A DNA stretch of 64,000 nucleotides, taken from Macrostomum hystrix (lineage: Eukaryota; Animalia; Platyhelminthes). Under the pieces are notes generated by a model. That model was not told the DNA's origin, did no database searches, and worked only from the letters and a program-made list of their open reading frames with translations. The stretch spans positions 15,934,001 through 15,998,000 of the forward strand of contig CATNEN010000038.1 in the NCBI GenBank assembly GCA_950097015.1, given 5' to 3'. Shown in pieces: positions 34,323-48,536 of the stretch (the stretch's first letter is position 1; each line of letters starts with the position of its first letter). A program made the position numbers and the translations under genes.

Positions 34323-37300
34323 GCTAACTGGTCAATGTTAGAGATCCGAGATAGACTTAGATGCAGTATCCGCAAACAGATTATTATGAATAGAGAGACT
34401 GCTTCACTACAACTTCTCACAACAGAAGCCTTGTTGAAGTTTTCTTAGACAGTTCTGAAAATTGGAAAAAAAGTTGTAGGACTACCAATGTAAAATCTGC
34501 AACTTTTGTAAACTCTATCGATATTTGTTTTGCTTTGTTTGTATTAAACTTATTCATGCATTAATTTGATAAGCAAGCAAAAGTTTCTTGAGTATAAACT
34601 CTTGACTTGCATTTTAGCTCAAATAATGTAGTTAGCTTAACTTTAAATTTTTATAGAGAAGACATCCATAAAAATATTTTTAGCTATTAATAGAGCTTAG
34701 TTTTGAAATTATAATTGTAATTAATTATAATTAATTAATTATAATTAAAATGTAGATGAAGAAACTAGCTATTTTAGCAATATTCTAGTTTTGTATTTTA
34801 ATTATTTAACAAAAGATAATGTCATTCTTAGCACAGTGTGTAAATACTTTAACTTATGCAAGTCTTTATAACTATTATGAATGTATGAATGTATCATACT
34901 AATCTATGAATGTAGACCTATTCAATACAAGCTGCCATGTGGATAAGCAGAAAATTATTGGCACAGATCTGTGTGGATAAAATTGAAATTATTGCACGGG
35001 ACTGTGGGAATAAGCACTTCCAGCAATTGTGCACTTTTATTCACGAAATTATTTTTCAGATTAAATTTGAAAGTTCAAAACCAGAACATACTCTTAACAT
35101 TATACGAATAAACCAGAATATATGCTAATACACACTTTAGTCTTAGGCCTAGTCTATGGTCGAAATCCTTAGTCTATGGGCTTTGGGAAACATGCTTTTC
35201 TGGATTTGCCACTACTAAAATGCCCAGTGACAAGCTCTGTGTCCGCCACTAGAACACATTGATGAGTTGGCAAGTTTGGCAACTAAAGAGCTAAAAAGAG
35301 ACACTGTGCTCTGGCACAATTGTTAGAATTGTTCAAAGCATCAATTTTTGTCATTGATATTGTTTTCTGATTTCAAAGTTTTAAATTTAAACGAAAAATA
35401 ATTTCGCGAACGAAAGTGCACTATTGCCACACTTCCTTCTTATATAGGGCCTATGTGCAATGTGCACATTTGAAATTCTAAAAAAGTACACTGTTTCTCT
35501 CCTATATGAAACCATACTTGCAAAGACATATGGGATTTGTTCAGAACTCTTGTGAAATAAGAACTATCAGTCACTGTAATATATAGGTCTTTGTACTGAG
35601 AAAGTAGTCTACCTGTGACCTTCCCTAAACTTACTTAGATTCAAATTTATAGTTGTATTTATATTTAAAAAAATTCATATGATAGATAAAAAAGCTATTA
35701 GATAAAACTGTTGTTGCTTAATATAATTATACTTTCTATTTAAGCCACTAAACAGCTTGGATATTATAATTTCTTAGTGATCGAATGTGAACAATTTGAG
35801 AAGAATGCCAGTTTTTCCTAGGCATTAAATAGAAAAAAGCATATATATTATTATGATTTTTAATAAAGTAAAACTGTTTCGTCAAAAAATAGATAGAATA
35901 TGATAAATGTGATAAATATGATATGATAAATATGATAAATATTTATCAAAAAATGATAAAATATATAAAAATAAGCCTCAGATTGTATGTCTAGGTACCT
36001 AGAACTGACCGCAGACTGTCCAGACAATCCAGTGTTTATGAACATTCGACTTAACTATCTAAAAACATTAAAATGAATCACGAAATAAAAATACTAGCCA
36101 CCAACTAATAATGTAATAAAATCGCAACGCGGTAATGCGGTATCGAGAATATCAGAACTGCACAGAAACATCTTTAACTTAACCACCATAGAAAGTAAAA
36201 TCAATAATTTACTGAACGTTGAACCTTTGCACCAACCACGCGCGGTATATATAATGAGTCACACGTTTGCTAAATAAAATACCATTCATATAAACTTTTT
36301 CAATACTTTTAACTTATATATATATATGTTTCGCCTCTCGGAAGTAAAATAATATAAGTTAACTACCTCTGCCCTGTCGGTGTGTTTAAACTGACACTTT
36401 TTCGGCTGTTGTAAATTCGTTAATTTTTATCACTTCAGGATACAAATTTCTCGACTTAACCAATAAGGTCTAAGCTGCGAAGCAAAAACTGACAAGCGAA
36501 CGATAGCAGCGATCTAAAAATGCAAACAGATTATTTTTATGCTTGCGTCAAGCTTAAACACATTAAACACAAAGTCTATTCAATAGTCCATTAGACTGTT
36601 AAGCTAAAACAGCATCTAAAGTCATCCCTAAACTAAAAATTAGGTGTCTATGACTCTATGAGTCAATTCACTTCAGCATTAAATGCGAATCTGAGAATTT
36701 TTTTGGTAATAATTTTGCAAGAAGTTTTATTTTGTAAATATTGATTTTCTTAAACATTTCTTTTTTCCTTGAGATATTGAAGACTATGTTTTCAATCAAA
36801 GCGACACAATACTAATCCAAATAATAGCGTCTTGTCGGTACTCGACGTCTTGTTGTTAAACTCCTGTTTAAAAGACGGACAATAAAAGGCGGCGGAGTCG
36901 CGATTTTAAGTGCTAGCAGCAACCGCACAAAAAATTACCCCCCCTAAAGTTTTTTTTATTACAATTTTGTAATTTGAAGCCTGTTCATGCCGTTTCAGGG
37001 TCGATTTGCAACATGTAACTTATTTAAACAGACTCGAGACAACAAGTAAGATGTACGAGTACATACAATGTTTTTACTAGGAAATTATTATAAACAAACG
37101 GTATAACCATTTAAAAAAGCACAACACAATTGACCAAAAAGTACTTGCAATCTAGAAGCTAGAGCAGCATTGCAGAATTTTACATCATAGATTGACTTAT
37201 TTAGTTTGAATCATCAAAGGCGACTAAACACACCGGATATCTGGACCGTTAAACCCACAATCAGATTACCAACAAACGCAAATATTATCAAATTTAAATA

Positions 37301-37358
37301 TTCCCGCAGTTTCACGTGCGCACCAGTTGAAAAAACACGTTAATAATCAGAAAGGGAA

Positions 37359-39282
37359 TTAGGCTTTCTCTTTTTTAGCAACTTTTGCAGCCGTCGTCGA
37401 TGCAGACGAAGTTGGCGGCACAGGCGGTGGATGCGCCGGCCTCTGCGGTTGCTGCTGCTGAGGCGGCATCGGAGGCGGCTGCTGCTGCTGCTGCATCTGG
37501 CTATAGTAGGCCGCGCTGTACTTATTGTACCACTCCATATATTCAGCATAGTACTTCTGGTATGCCGGATCGCTATACGACGGCATATGCGGCGCAGCCG
37601 GTATGCCCCCAGCCACTGCCGGATAGTCCATCTTGGCGGACTTGGCCGCGGTTGGTCCGGCAGTGGCAGCTGCTGGCTGGCTAGAGTTGGCGCCCTCTTT
37701 GCCCCAGCCCAGTTTAGCTGAGAAGCCGCCGATTGTTGCGCCGTGCATCGCCACAATGGCCTGGGTGGCAGCGTCGTGACTTTCGAAGCGTACAAATGCG
37801 AAGCCTTTGTCTTCGTGCACTTTTACATCCTGAATGGTGCCGAATTGATTGAAATGCTCACGAATCAACGAATCGGTCAGGCCGTGTTGAATACCGCCAA
37901 CGTACACCGAGGTGTTGTACAGCGTGGTCTCATTGTACACATCGTCGTAGTTTCGCTTCATTGGGCGTCGCCTTCCAGCCCCATCGCCGGAGGCGCCGTT
38001 ACCGTTGCCACTCCAACTGCCGCCGCTACCACTGCCGCCTCCGGCGCTGCCACCTGGATTATTGCGTCGGCTAGCCTAAAATTAAAATTACAGTTTTTTC
38101 TTCGATTGAAAAATCAATAAAGAATCGCAGATCTATCAAGCATCACAGATCTATTAAGCACTGTAGATCAATCAAGCACTGTAGATCAATCAAGCACTGT
38201 AGATCAATCAAGCACTGCAGATCTATCAAGCACTGCAGATCTATCAAGCACTGCAGATCTATCAAGCACTGTAGATCTATCAAGCACTGCAGATCTATCA
38301 AGCACTGCAGATTTATCAAGCACTGCAGATCAATCAAGCACTGCAGATCTATCAAGCACTGCAGATCTATCAAGCACTGCAGATCTATCAAGCATCTAGT
38401 AGATCTAGCCAGGAACCTACCCAGGAAACGCGCATCGGTTTAAATCTGAGCAGATTGCCATTCTCAGCCGCTATAGCCGCATTAGCATCCGGCTCGTTCT
38501 CGTAGGTAAGAAAGGCGTAGGTCTTGAAGCCGCCATCCTGATGACGAATAATCTTGCACTCTAGAATCGGTCCGTAGGGTACAAACACATCCATAATTTC
38601 GCTCTCCTCAATGTCTGGCACCAAATCGCCGACAAACACATGCGAGCCCTTAGACGGATCGGGCTTAGCACCGGGCGCAGTGGCCCAATTGACTCGCAGC
38701 TCGCGACCCATCAGGGTGATATGATTCATGGCTGTTAGGGCTACCTATAATATTTAACAGGTCGTTGAGTCTGGAGTTTGATAGGACAATAAAGCTCTTT
38801 ACAAAGGTAGAATATAGAAACAATTAACGACATCTAGTCCACCTAGACTAGATGCACACAGTCTAAACAGCTGATGCTGGACTGTGCGTGTTGTGTTGTT
38901 TCTGAACAATGTCAATAACAATGTAACATTCTTTTAATAAATTAAGAATGAAAGAGTCAGTTCAATTGGCTCTAAACTGAGCCCGAAGGTATAAAAAAAT
39001 CTCCGCCATGTTGATTTGAGATCCTACCTGGGCCTGCTGATGATTGCCCAGCTCCATGAAAGCGTAATTATCCGATCCGGGATTGCCGCCGCGAATAATT
39101 TTACACGCCAGGCATTCGCCAAATTGGGCAAACACGGCCACTAGAATCTGTTCCGTGCAGTCCGGCGCTAGATTACCAACGTACAGAACGCGCTTCTCGG
39201 CTGTGCCGTTTGGCGAAGGATTTTGACCGCACGGCCCGGTTGGCTGCACTACGGGATAGCCAGGCGGTGGCATCTGGTACAT
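37359..39282 (-). CDS. TIA-1/TIAR-like RNA-binding protein (3 RRMs plus Q/Y/P-rich tail), 3 exons, about 431 aa
   Basis: Exons 39282-39028, 38744-38421, 38075-37359. LYVGNL, RELRVNWAT, HVFVGDL, NTSVYVGGI...KGFAFVRFESHDAATQAIV...WGKE. Confidence 0.88.
38128..38400. repeat. 18-bp minisatellite in intron 2 of the TIA-1-like gene
   Basis: CAGATCTATCAAGCACTG, about 15 copies. Confidence 0.95.
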
Positions 39283-42200
39283 GGTGACAATGCTGTTAGA
39301 TAGTCTGTGGATAGACGGAGTCGGGTTGGAGGAATAGTCAGGCTGAATAATAAGCACTCTAACGTATTCGATTCAAAGGTCAAAAAAGTACAGAAAAGTG
39401 TTTTTTAGCATTCTTTTTTTCTATTAGATGAGTTGAATATTTCTGTTGACTGAGCCGAAGTCGTTAGAGACAGTTGAAAACTTCTGAGGTGCTTATTGTT
39501 GTGGACTACTGGACACAATCTGCCATGTCAACAATAGACAGATATCGAAATTTGATTAGTTTTTTCAGATTTTTTACCCCCACCCACCACTTGTCAATTC
39601 GATTTAGCTATGTAAAAGAAAAGAAATGACAATAAAAAAGCAAGCAGCACAGCATTGACTGAGAATTGTTACGTGTTTTAGATTTTGGCATCAGCTCCTG
39701 AGAACACTTCTCGTTTGCCATTGAGAACACTTAGCAAATCTGAAATAAACACCATGTTTGGCAAAGAGAACAGTTCAATGATTATGATCGAGCAGAAATT
39801 GCCAAAAAAGTAGCATGATACTGCTCAACAAGAAAATTTTGGAAAGGCAGATTTAAAGAAAGAAGTATAGAAAACGGCTTACCAATTTGAATTATTGTTG
39901 CCAGTGCTGCTTGTCATTTTAAGCAACAAAATATAATATTAAACCAAAGGCCGAGTAAAATTATACCAAAGTTACATACACATGATGTCTCAGACAGGAT
40001 GCCAAAACTGACTTTTGCATTTTGCATGCCAAATTGGCAAAATATAAACTTTTTTCAGTCAGACAATTTTTATTAATGAGCACTAGATGCTTCTCAATGC
40101 TTTAAGTAAGATATTCTATTTTTTACTTACAAGTAATGCAAATCATACATAATTTACTATGATGTTTTTACTACATATGCTCTAAAATGTAAAATAATAT
40201 TTGTTATTCTGAAATCTTAAGACTTTATGAAAGCACTTAAGCTAGGGCCTACCTAGTCCCATGTAAAATGTTTTTAGTCAATGCCAGACTCAAACAGATT
40301 CTAATTGACAAACCTGAACCTCAAATCAATTTAAACCAGCCAATACTACATGAAGGACTTAACTTTAAAATAATGGAGGTTGGAGGTGTAAAGAAAGAAA
40401 CAATAAACTTACCTGGCTTTTATTGGAACAATGACAAAATGATTATACCCAGCAATGTATGAACTCCTGTGTTATAGAAGTTAGCAGTAGTTTAAAACTG
40501 AAATGAATAAATTTATAACTGTACAAAAGTTGAAAAAATATCAAAATAAAGAATACCTTTAAAATAAAATACTTAGGTCTAACATTATACATAAATACAA
40601 AATATAATGTATATACACAAAAAAAAATTTTGGCTCATAAGAAAAAATCAATCAAACATTTTGATTCTATAAGGCATAAGATTCAATGTTAATTGTTAAT
40701 TAGTAAATAAGCTATTATTATCAATTATCCTATGAAATAATATGTATATGGTATATGTATAAGCTATTGTACATTATCAGAGCCATTATTATAGTTACAA
40801 TCTGTCTTGCTTTTAAATTTTTTCTTATGTGCAAAAAAGCCAACTACAAAAGCTTTTTGCTTAGAAAACTTAATAATTACAAGTATTATAATTTCACACA
40901 CTTTAGCAAGTTGTTGTTTTACCAAATTTGTTAGAAAAAAAGCTAATATAGATAGTTATCCAGATCAATATATTAGCAAACTTCAGAATAAACAAAACAA
41001 TATGATAGTTGCTATTAAAATTAAGATATAAAGAGAAAACTAATAGCTTTATAGTAGCTATTTAGGGTTTGATATTAGTATATTATGATATTATATCTAA
41101 TATATGATATTAAAGGGCAGCCCAAATCAATTCAATAGCTACGCCTATGCTAATCTATCTAAAACTAAAACATATATAAAAATTTTATTTTAGGGAGGGC
41201 CTAGACATGTCATTTTCAAAGCTAAAAACAGGAGTGTTAAAAATCTAATATCGTATTTTATGCTATACGAATGCTGTATGTGTTTTAATATTAGAATTCC
41301 AATCAGAACAAATCTAAACAAACACAGAGTCCCTGTCATGGTTTGCCTATGGTCTAACATTAGAAATGAGCAGATAACCATAACTAGTGGCCTAGGCCTA
41401 AAGTAAATTTGGGGGTCTAACTTGTAGAACCTCATGGCAAAAGCTTAGGCCTAAAATAAGGCGGAAAAGCCATTATATTAGTTACTTTAAATTTCATATT
41501 TTCACATTTAGATTTTTTGGATTCTAAAAAATACTTCTAACATCCACATTGCATTGTATTTGTAGGTCTACAGTCCTTAGGCATTAAGCAATTATGTAAG
41601 TTAAACTTAAAATTAGGCCCTATATATTTTTAGTTTTATATGTATATGACTAAAATACTTCTAATTATTAAAGGATTTATTTTCTGGAATTGTGCCCATG
41701 CAGCGCATAAATGTCTCTAGAGTCCTGACATTTTGATTAAAGGCAGAGGTGGCAGACAAAGAAAATGCCTTTCATAAACAATGGCAATATTCTAGGCTAC
41801 TTCTGTTCGTTATATTAGTTTTTGTTTGCAAACGACAGATAACGACAAAAAACAAGTTTAACAGTAACAAAAAGTCAGTAGTTTGGTCAGATAGCTAAAA
41901 AATAGCTAAACAATAAACATTTATGATTTATATTTCCAAATTTTTATAGCCTATTATCCTTATTTGTACTTCCACGTACAGTTAGTGGCCACAGACAGAT
42001 CGTATATTTCTGGAACTCTTGCATGAAATCTAGCTGTTAGGACTACAGACCACAGTTCTGTCCTTGTTCTAAACTTTAAATCCAAAATTTTGTTTTTTTA
42101 GCTTAGATTTGGCACTGACATAGACTAGCAGTATTCACGGAAATCTGGCCTACAGCCTAAAGGCCCAATAAACATTTCTGCCTATAAATATCACTTGCGG

Positions 42201-45200
42201 TGAGATTTTCCCAATACTTTAACTTATTCGTAAGTCATGCAAGAACTTTTTCCACTTAAAAACCAGCAAAATAATCATTTGATAATTTTTTTACTTTTTA
42301 CTTGATAACTGTAAATATTTCTAGTAATAAAAAACTTATTGCAATTAGCAAAATAAAAACATTAAATTAATAAATATACTTGTGTTTAAAATCAAAGTAT
42401 TTGTTATAACACAAACAACGTTAAGCAAATAACGCATTAAACAAGCTGTATGGTAAGCTTCTAATATAAGCAATCATTTATTGCTTTCTAATGAACTTTT
42501 TCGCAGCTGTAAATACATCAGGTTTAGTATTTTTATAATTTTTTTAATAAAAAAAGAATATAACTTCGTTCCTCAATTTTCGTAAACTTTGATTTACGAA
42601 TTTTTAGGTCGAAGAAATTCCCCACGTAACACGTTACGTACGTTAAGGTTGTTTTGTGTTCTCGTACAGTATAGAAATATGCGTGGTATTAACGGAATAA
42701 GATATATATGTATGCATCATACAAAAAACTCATACTAGGCCCTACAAAGAGATAGTGTTAAATTCCTAATCTCCTCAGATTCAGAGACTCATGGCCAGGA
42801 CTCATGCTCAAGCCTCATATTAGATATCAAATTAAATGCTTAAGCCTAGGCCTATTTTTTGCAATATCCTATTATCTGTAAGACTAAAAGACTTCTACTT
42901 ACTTACTTCATGCATAATGCCTTCCCTTAGCTATATGCCGACAGAACACACCTAGCTCTTAAAAAATCTAATAATATGCCAATCTAAGTCAAGCCTAATT
43001 TTTTGTCTTTACAGTTTTTAGCCTATGAGCCAGGGTGTAAAGTCAAAGAATTTGGTTTTACCTTTATGCTGTTGCATTGGCTATTGAGCATTTACTATAT
43101 ACTTCTGGTCATTTAGGACTCATAAGTAGTTCTTGTGGTCAACAACCTTCCAAATAGCATCACCCTTGCAAACTGGACATCAACCACTGCAGACTTGTTG
43201 GCTTAAAAAGAGCCTAGGCCCCTAATGTTGAAAATGTGCTGGATTTAGTAGTTTTTATTTCTTATGTAGACAGGCTTAGTTGCATTTTTTAGGTTCAAAC
43301 AAAAGTGGCCTATTGGTATTTGTTTATAACTGGTGCATCAGCTTATGCGCTAGACCCCAAAAACATATATATTTATTGGTCTTAATGAATGGATTAGACA
43401 TAGCATAGCCTCATAGGCTTCCCAAAACTTAATCCTATAAAATTGTTCTAGTTTTTGTAGGTGCATAAATTGGTGTCATATATGTTTTTGAAGCACTGAG
43501 TTCAAAAAGAAAAACCATTTTATGTTATCTACAACTACAACTAGTTTCCATGGAATCACTTCTAGGCCTATATCACAGGATGACCACACTTAGTTGTTTA
43601 TAGAGAATTAGGAAGTTTTGAATTTAGTTTAGTTTTGTAGCAGAATAGCAAATAAATAGGATAAAAGTTCAATAGATTCAATAGGACCTATTAAATACAA
43701 CTCATATTTTTTATTGGGTGGCCTTTAGCCTATATCAGGCTTTTGCAAGGACCCTAAGACAATATATAGGAATGCCACACTAAATAGTATATAGTGATTA
43801 AAATGTTTTGGGTCAAGTAAACTCTGTACAAAAAAACAAGATTAAACTAAAAAATAGGCCTAGAGACATTGGGATCTATTGAAGATAAATACATCTAAGC
43901 ACTTTGGTGGGTATCCAAATATATCTCAAATAGGGATGACAAATGACAGCAACATCTATATTCTTGCAACAAAGCTCATGTTTTGTTAATTTATTCATAC
44001 AATAAGTTTTCTGATCATTATTGTTCATTAGGCTTATGTAAATCAAAAGAGATATATATTTTTTTCTCATAAGAATAATGAGCAAATGTGTACTATTTAC
44101 TTTAGATATATATAAATATAAAAGTTACAGGCAAACTATTAAAGTCAGTTAACAACCCAACTGACACTGTAAAGACTCACTTGAAGACAGTGGGTAAAGT
44201 TTCAAGCTAATTAGAAAGGCCAAAAAAAATTATAGAATTTAACTTAGCATTAGCAAGAAGCCCCATAACATTTGCTTTGTTGGGTTTGGCCAAAACAGTC
44301 AAACACAACTTAAGCTAGGCTTCTTTTTCTTAGAAGTACTCTATTAGATAAGAGAGTGGCTTGAAATTTTTACTAAGGCTAGGGCTTGGCAAGCTCATAT
44401 AATCAATATCAAGATCAAAGACAGGTCTTGGCCTACTGCTAAGTATTATGGTATTTTCTTTGTTGTCTAAGCCTAAGCCTAACTAACTGGTATCAATCAG
44501 GCTAAATTATTAGATTATTAAGTTATAAATTTAAATAAATATTATTAATAGGATAACTTATAAATTTATATTATTATCAGCTAAGTAAAAGTTTTATAGG
44601 TGTAGTTCAATTATTGTACTCTGTATAATTGTATATGTTAGTAGTTAATTAGCTATTTAAATATATTTTAGTGATTTTGCTTTTTTAGTTTTAGCCTATC
44701 AATTAGTTTACAATAGTCCTATCCTGTTCAGTTTTTAAAGTAGACCTGGGCCTAGCTTAATCTTTACCATAAGAAGCTAACTTATGCATAAAAAAGTAGT
44801 TACAATTTTGCATGTAGAATATCATGTTTTAATCATAAATATTATGGTTTATTTTGTTACAATTAAAATTAAACGTGGCTTAAGAAAAGCTAAACTAGAA
44901 AAGCTAAAAATAGTTCTTACCCTATACACAATCTGGTTATTGTATTTGTAGGATTGTTAAGAGAAAGTCTAATATTATTTGTCTGATTTAAAATTTCCTA
45001 AATTCAGAACTCTTTTGTTCTTACTTGTGTTTTTTTTAAACCAGGAATAGCTTTTATAATACTTTTTGGTTGTAAAACTATTATTGTCTGATGGAATGTT
45101 GTGTTGTAAACTCTTGTGGGTGTATATTTTGAATTTGTTAGAGTGTAATGCTTAAACTAAAACTAGTTTTAAAACACTGCAGCAGATGTTAGTGATGACT

Positions 45201-46285
45201 GTGATGTTTTGCACTCTCAGGTAGTAGGGATGTTTTTATGATTAAAAAAGTCAAATTCGTACCTATGCTCTTTGTTTAAATACACAAAAAAAATTTATAT
45301 GTAAAATATAATAAATATTCTGTCAAATTCATTCACTTTAACAAACCCTTTGTGTGTATATAAGCAAGTGCAATTCCTGTGAGACAAATCAAAATGAAAA
45401 GCAAATAAGCTATAACTGAGTAAGAAGGTGCTCAAGTGTTGAGTTGGTTATTTGAGGCTGTGACCCTCTGATCCATGGAAAACGCCCAGCTAAGACTGGA
45501 GAATAAGAGAACAGTGCCTTAGAAGGATAAACTGCTCATGCCGAGTGATACACTACCAAGAGAGAGGAAGATAGAGTTATAAGCCCTGTTACAATGTGAA
45601 TGTTTTAAGTCAATGTTTGATCTTATTACATAATTAAATGTTTGCTTTTACGGACACTAGCATTTTTATCCAACAGTAATTTGTCTTGAAAATCACTAGA
45701 GTAAGTACATTTTTCATCACAAAACAAACAAGTTAAAGCAGATATTATTCACAAGATAATTGCATGTTTGAGCTCAAGCTTTCTGGAAAGCATTTATTTC
45801 CATTTACCAGTAAGAATCTAGTTAAGGGATAAGTGAAACTCTAAAAGTTGGTCTTTTTGTTGAATAGCAAAAGCTAGAGCACAATAAGTACAATAAATAG
45901 AAGTCATTTTTTATATAAAAACACACAATTACTTATTGCAATTATATATTTTTGTTTGGTGTATGCTATTATAGCAAAAGCACAGCTAATTTTTATGGTT
46001 GTTAATCTTGTTAAACAAACCATGCATAAGAAACATTGTCTATGTTTTAATGCTTATTGCATGTTAGAGTTTTCATAAAGAAGAATGTTACTAAGGATAA
46101 TCTACTTTGTAATTTTCCAGATTACACATACAGACTTGCTGTTGTTTTGATTCAACTTAGTCCATCGTGGCACTACAATTTTTAAGTGCTTTGGGACGCC
46201 GACCATCTCCTCCTCTGCTAGATTGCTAACTTTGCTTTAAAACTACTATTTAATATATACCTTCAGGCAGCAAAGAGAACCAGGT

Positions 46286-48505
46286 ATGCAGCAGCAGCAG
46301 CAGCAGCAGCGGCGCAGGTTCTGGAGCAACCAGCTTGATTTCATAAAGCGCGTTGCCCTGCCAGCGATAATGAAGCTGCCAAACTCCTGGCCCTTTAAGT
46401 CTCCCGTGGATCCAGTGAAGCTTCAAATACCAGATTATCCCAACATTGTGCTTAAGCCAATGGATTTAAACACCGTTAAGAATCGACTAAATAGTGGCAA
46501 AGTCTACCAATCTGGTCAGGAGTGCATCGATGATATCAATGGCATCTTTCTCAATTGTTTTGTATTTAACGAGCCTGGCGATGATGTAGTATTCATGGCT
46601 GAAGAGGTCGAAGCCGTGTTTCGCGACAAGATGCGCAATTATCCTACTGTTGAGCATGAGATTGTCACCGATAAGCATCAGAGGGCGCCTTCTACTTCAT
46701 CGCAGTCGGACTCTGTTCCAGTAGCAGCCGCTGTAAAGCGCAAGGCTTCGATGTCCGATGCCGACACAACTTCAGCTTCGGCTGCGTCGGCATCAACAGC
46801 TGGCGGCGGCGCCGGCTCAGTGTGGCCGCTTAGCCAGCTGCAGCCGGCTAATTCTCGTGAACCAACCGGTCGGGATATAAAAAAGCCGAAACGCGAACCG
46901 GTTGTCAATAGCAACGGCACTGCTGGTGGCTTCGCGTCTGACGAAATGCGCCAATGCTCCGCTCTGCTGCGCGATGTCAGTTCCGCTAGGCAGAAAGCTA
47001 TCAACTGGCCATTCTTAGAGCCCGTTGATGTTGTAGCACTGGGTCTGCACGACTATTTTGACATCGTTAGCCAGCCAATGGATTTGAGCACTATGCGCAA
47101 GAAGATTGACTCCGGCCAGTACGCCGATAAAGAAGCATTCGCCGCCGACTTTCATCTGATGATTGACAACTGCTTGAAATACAATTCGCCGGATTCTGAG
47201 GTGCACAGACTAGGCAAGGAGCTGTCCAAGTTCTTTGTGGATCACTATAACCGAGTGTTCGCTAGTCATTCTTCAGCGGCTTCCGCTAGTGCCGTTGTAT
47301 CTCCGGCTTCTTCTGCCACATCGCCAGCGACTAAGACTGTCGCTGCTGCTACGGTGGGCAATGGAAAACTATCCTTAGCCGACGTGAACAAAGTCACTGA
47401 GCTGTCTGTTAAGGTTGAGCAACTCTATTCTCAGGTAAGTATTAATTACGAGAGACAAAAAATCTTACTTGACTTAAACATTCGCAAATGGAAAACTGCA
47501 ACAATGATGACTAAACTGCGTGTCATTTGACTGGTCAGTGAAATATATAATTTTCTGATCAGATTGATTTAATTATTATTGCTTGGTCTGAGCTGCAGAA
47601 CCGTTTCTTTAAGTAATGAACAAGTTCTTTAGGGTATAGCTGTATGTATGTATTATTTCCTAATTTCCCCGGAAAATTCAGGATATTGTTTCTCAGGCCT
47701 ATTATCTCTGAATATTCAGGAACACTAGGTTACGAATAATTCAGTGTAGTTTCCTGAGCTCTCGCAGCTTCGCATCATCGCTACTTGATGGTACTACTGT
47801 CATGCTCTGACATTGATTCAAATTTAACTGCAGATGACTGCCTGCATTGGCGAGCTGCGAACTCTAGTGGCGGCCACCATTGGTAGTAATCATCATCATC
47901 CGGCTACCTCAACTCCGAGTACTACGACTGCCAAGAAGGCGCGAACTAGCAGCGGCGGCGGTCGTCAGAGCAAAGCGCAACAACAGCAGCAGCCGCAGCA
48001 GCAACCGCCGCCAGCGCCGTCGACTCAGCCGGCCGCTCAGCATACGCCGGCTCAGGTTTTAACACCGGCAGCTAGGAAGGCGGTGCCTGCCGGTCAGAAA
48101 CGGGGTCCGAATCGCAAATCTGCCGCCGTCGCAGCCGCTGCTCCCGCCTCCGTTGCTGCCGCGCCTGCAGGCGGTAGCAGCGGCTGGGAAGCCAACGGTG
48201 GAAGTGGCGCTTATCACCAGGCGCAGCAGACCGCCGCTGCTTCGGCCGCCGTAGCCGCCGCATCCCGGCCAATGAGCTACGATGAGAAGCGCCAATTATC
48301 GTTGGATATTAATAAACTGCCCGGCGAAAGATTGGGCCGCGTTGTCCAAATCATTCAACAGCGGGAGCCTAGCCTCCGCGACTCTAATCCCGATGAGATT
48401 GAAATCGACTTTGAGACCCTGCAACTGGGCACACTCAGAGAGCTCGAAGCCTACGTTAGATCAGTTCTGCAGGCCTCGCCACCGGCTCCTCAGCCGGCTC
48501 CGCCC

Positions 48506-48536
<31 letters not shown>

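Noticed and set aside
13086-39282. Functional RNA-stress gene cluster (GTPBP2, RNA ligase, ATG13, TIA-1-like)
   Set aside because: The shared theme is suggestive only. There is no synteny or co-regulation evidence in this window, and the neighbours include unrelated genes.
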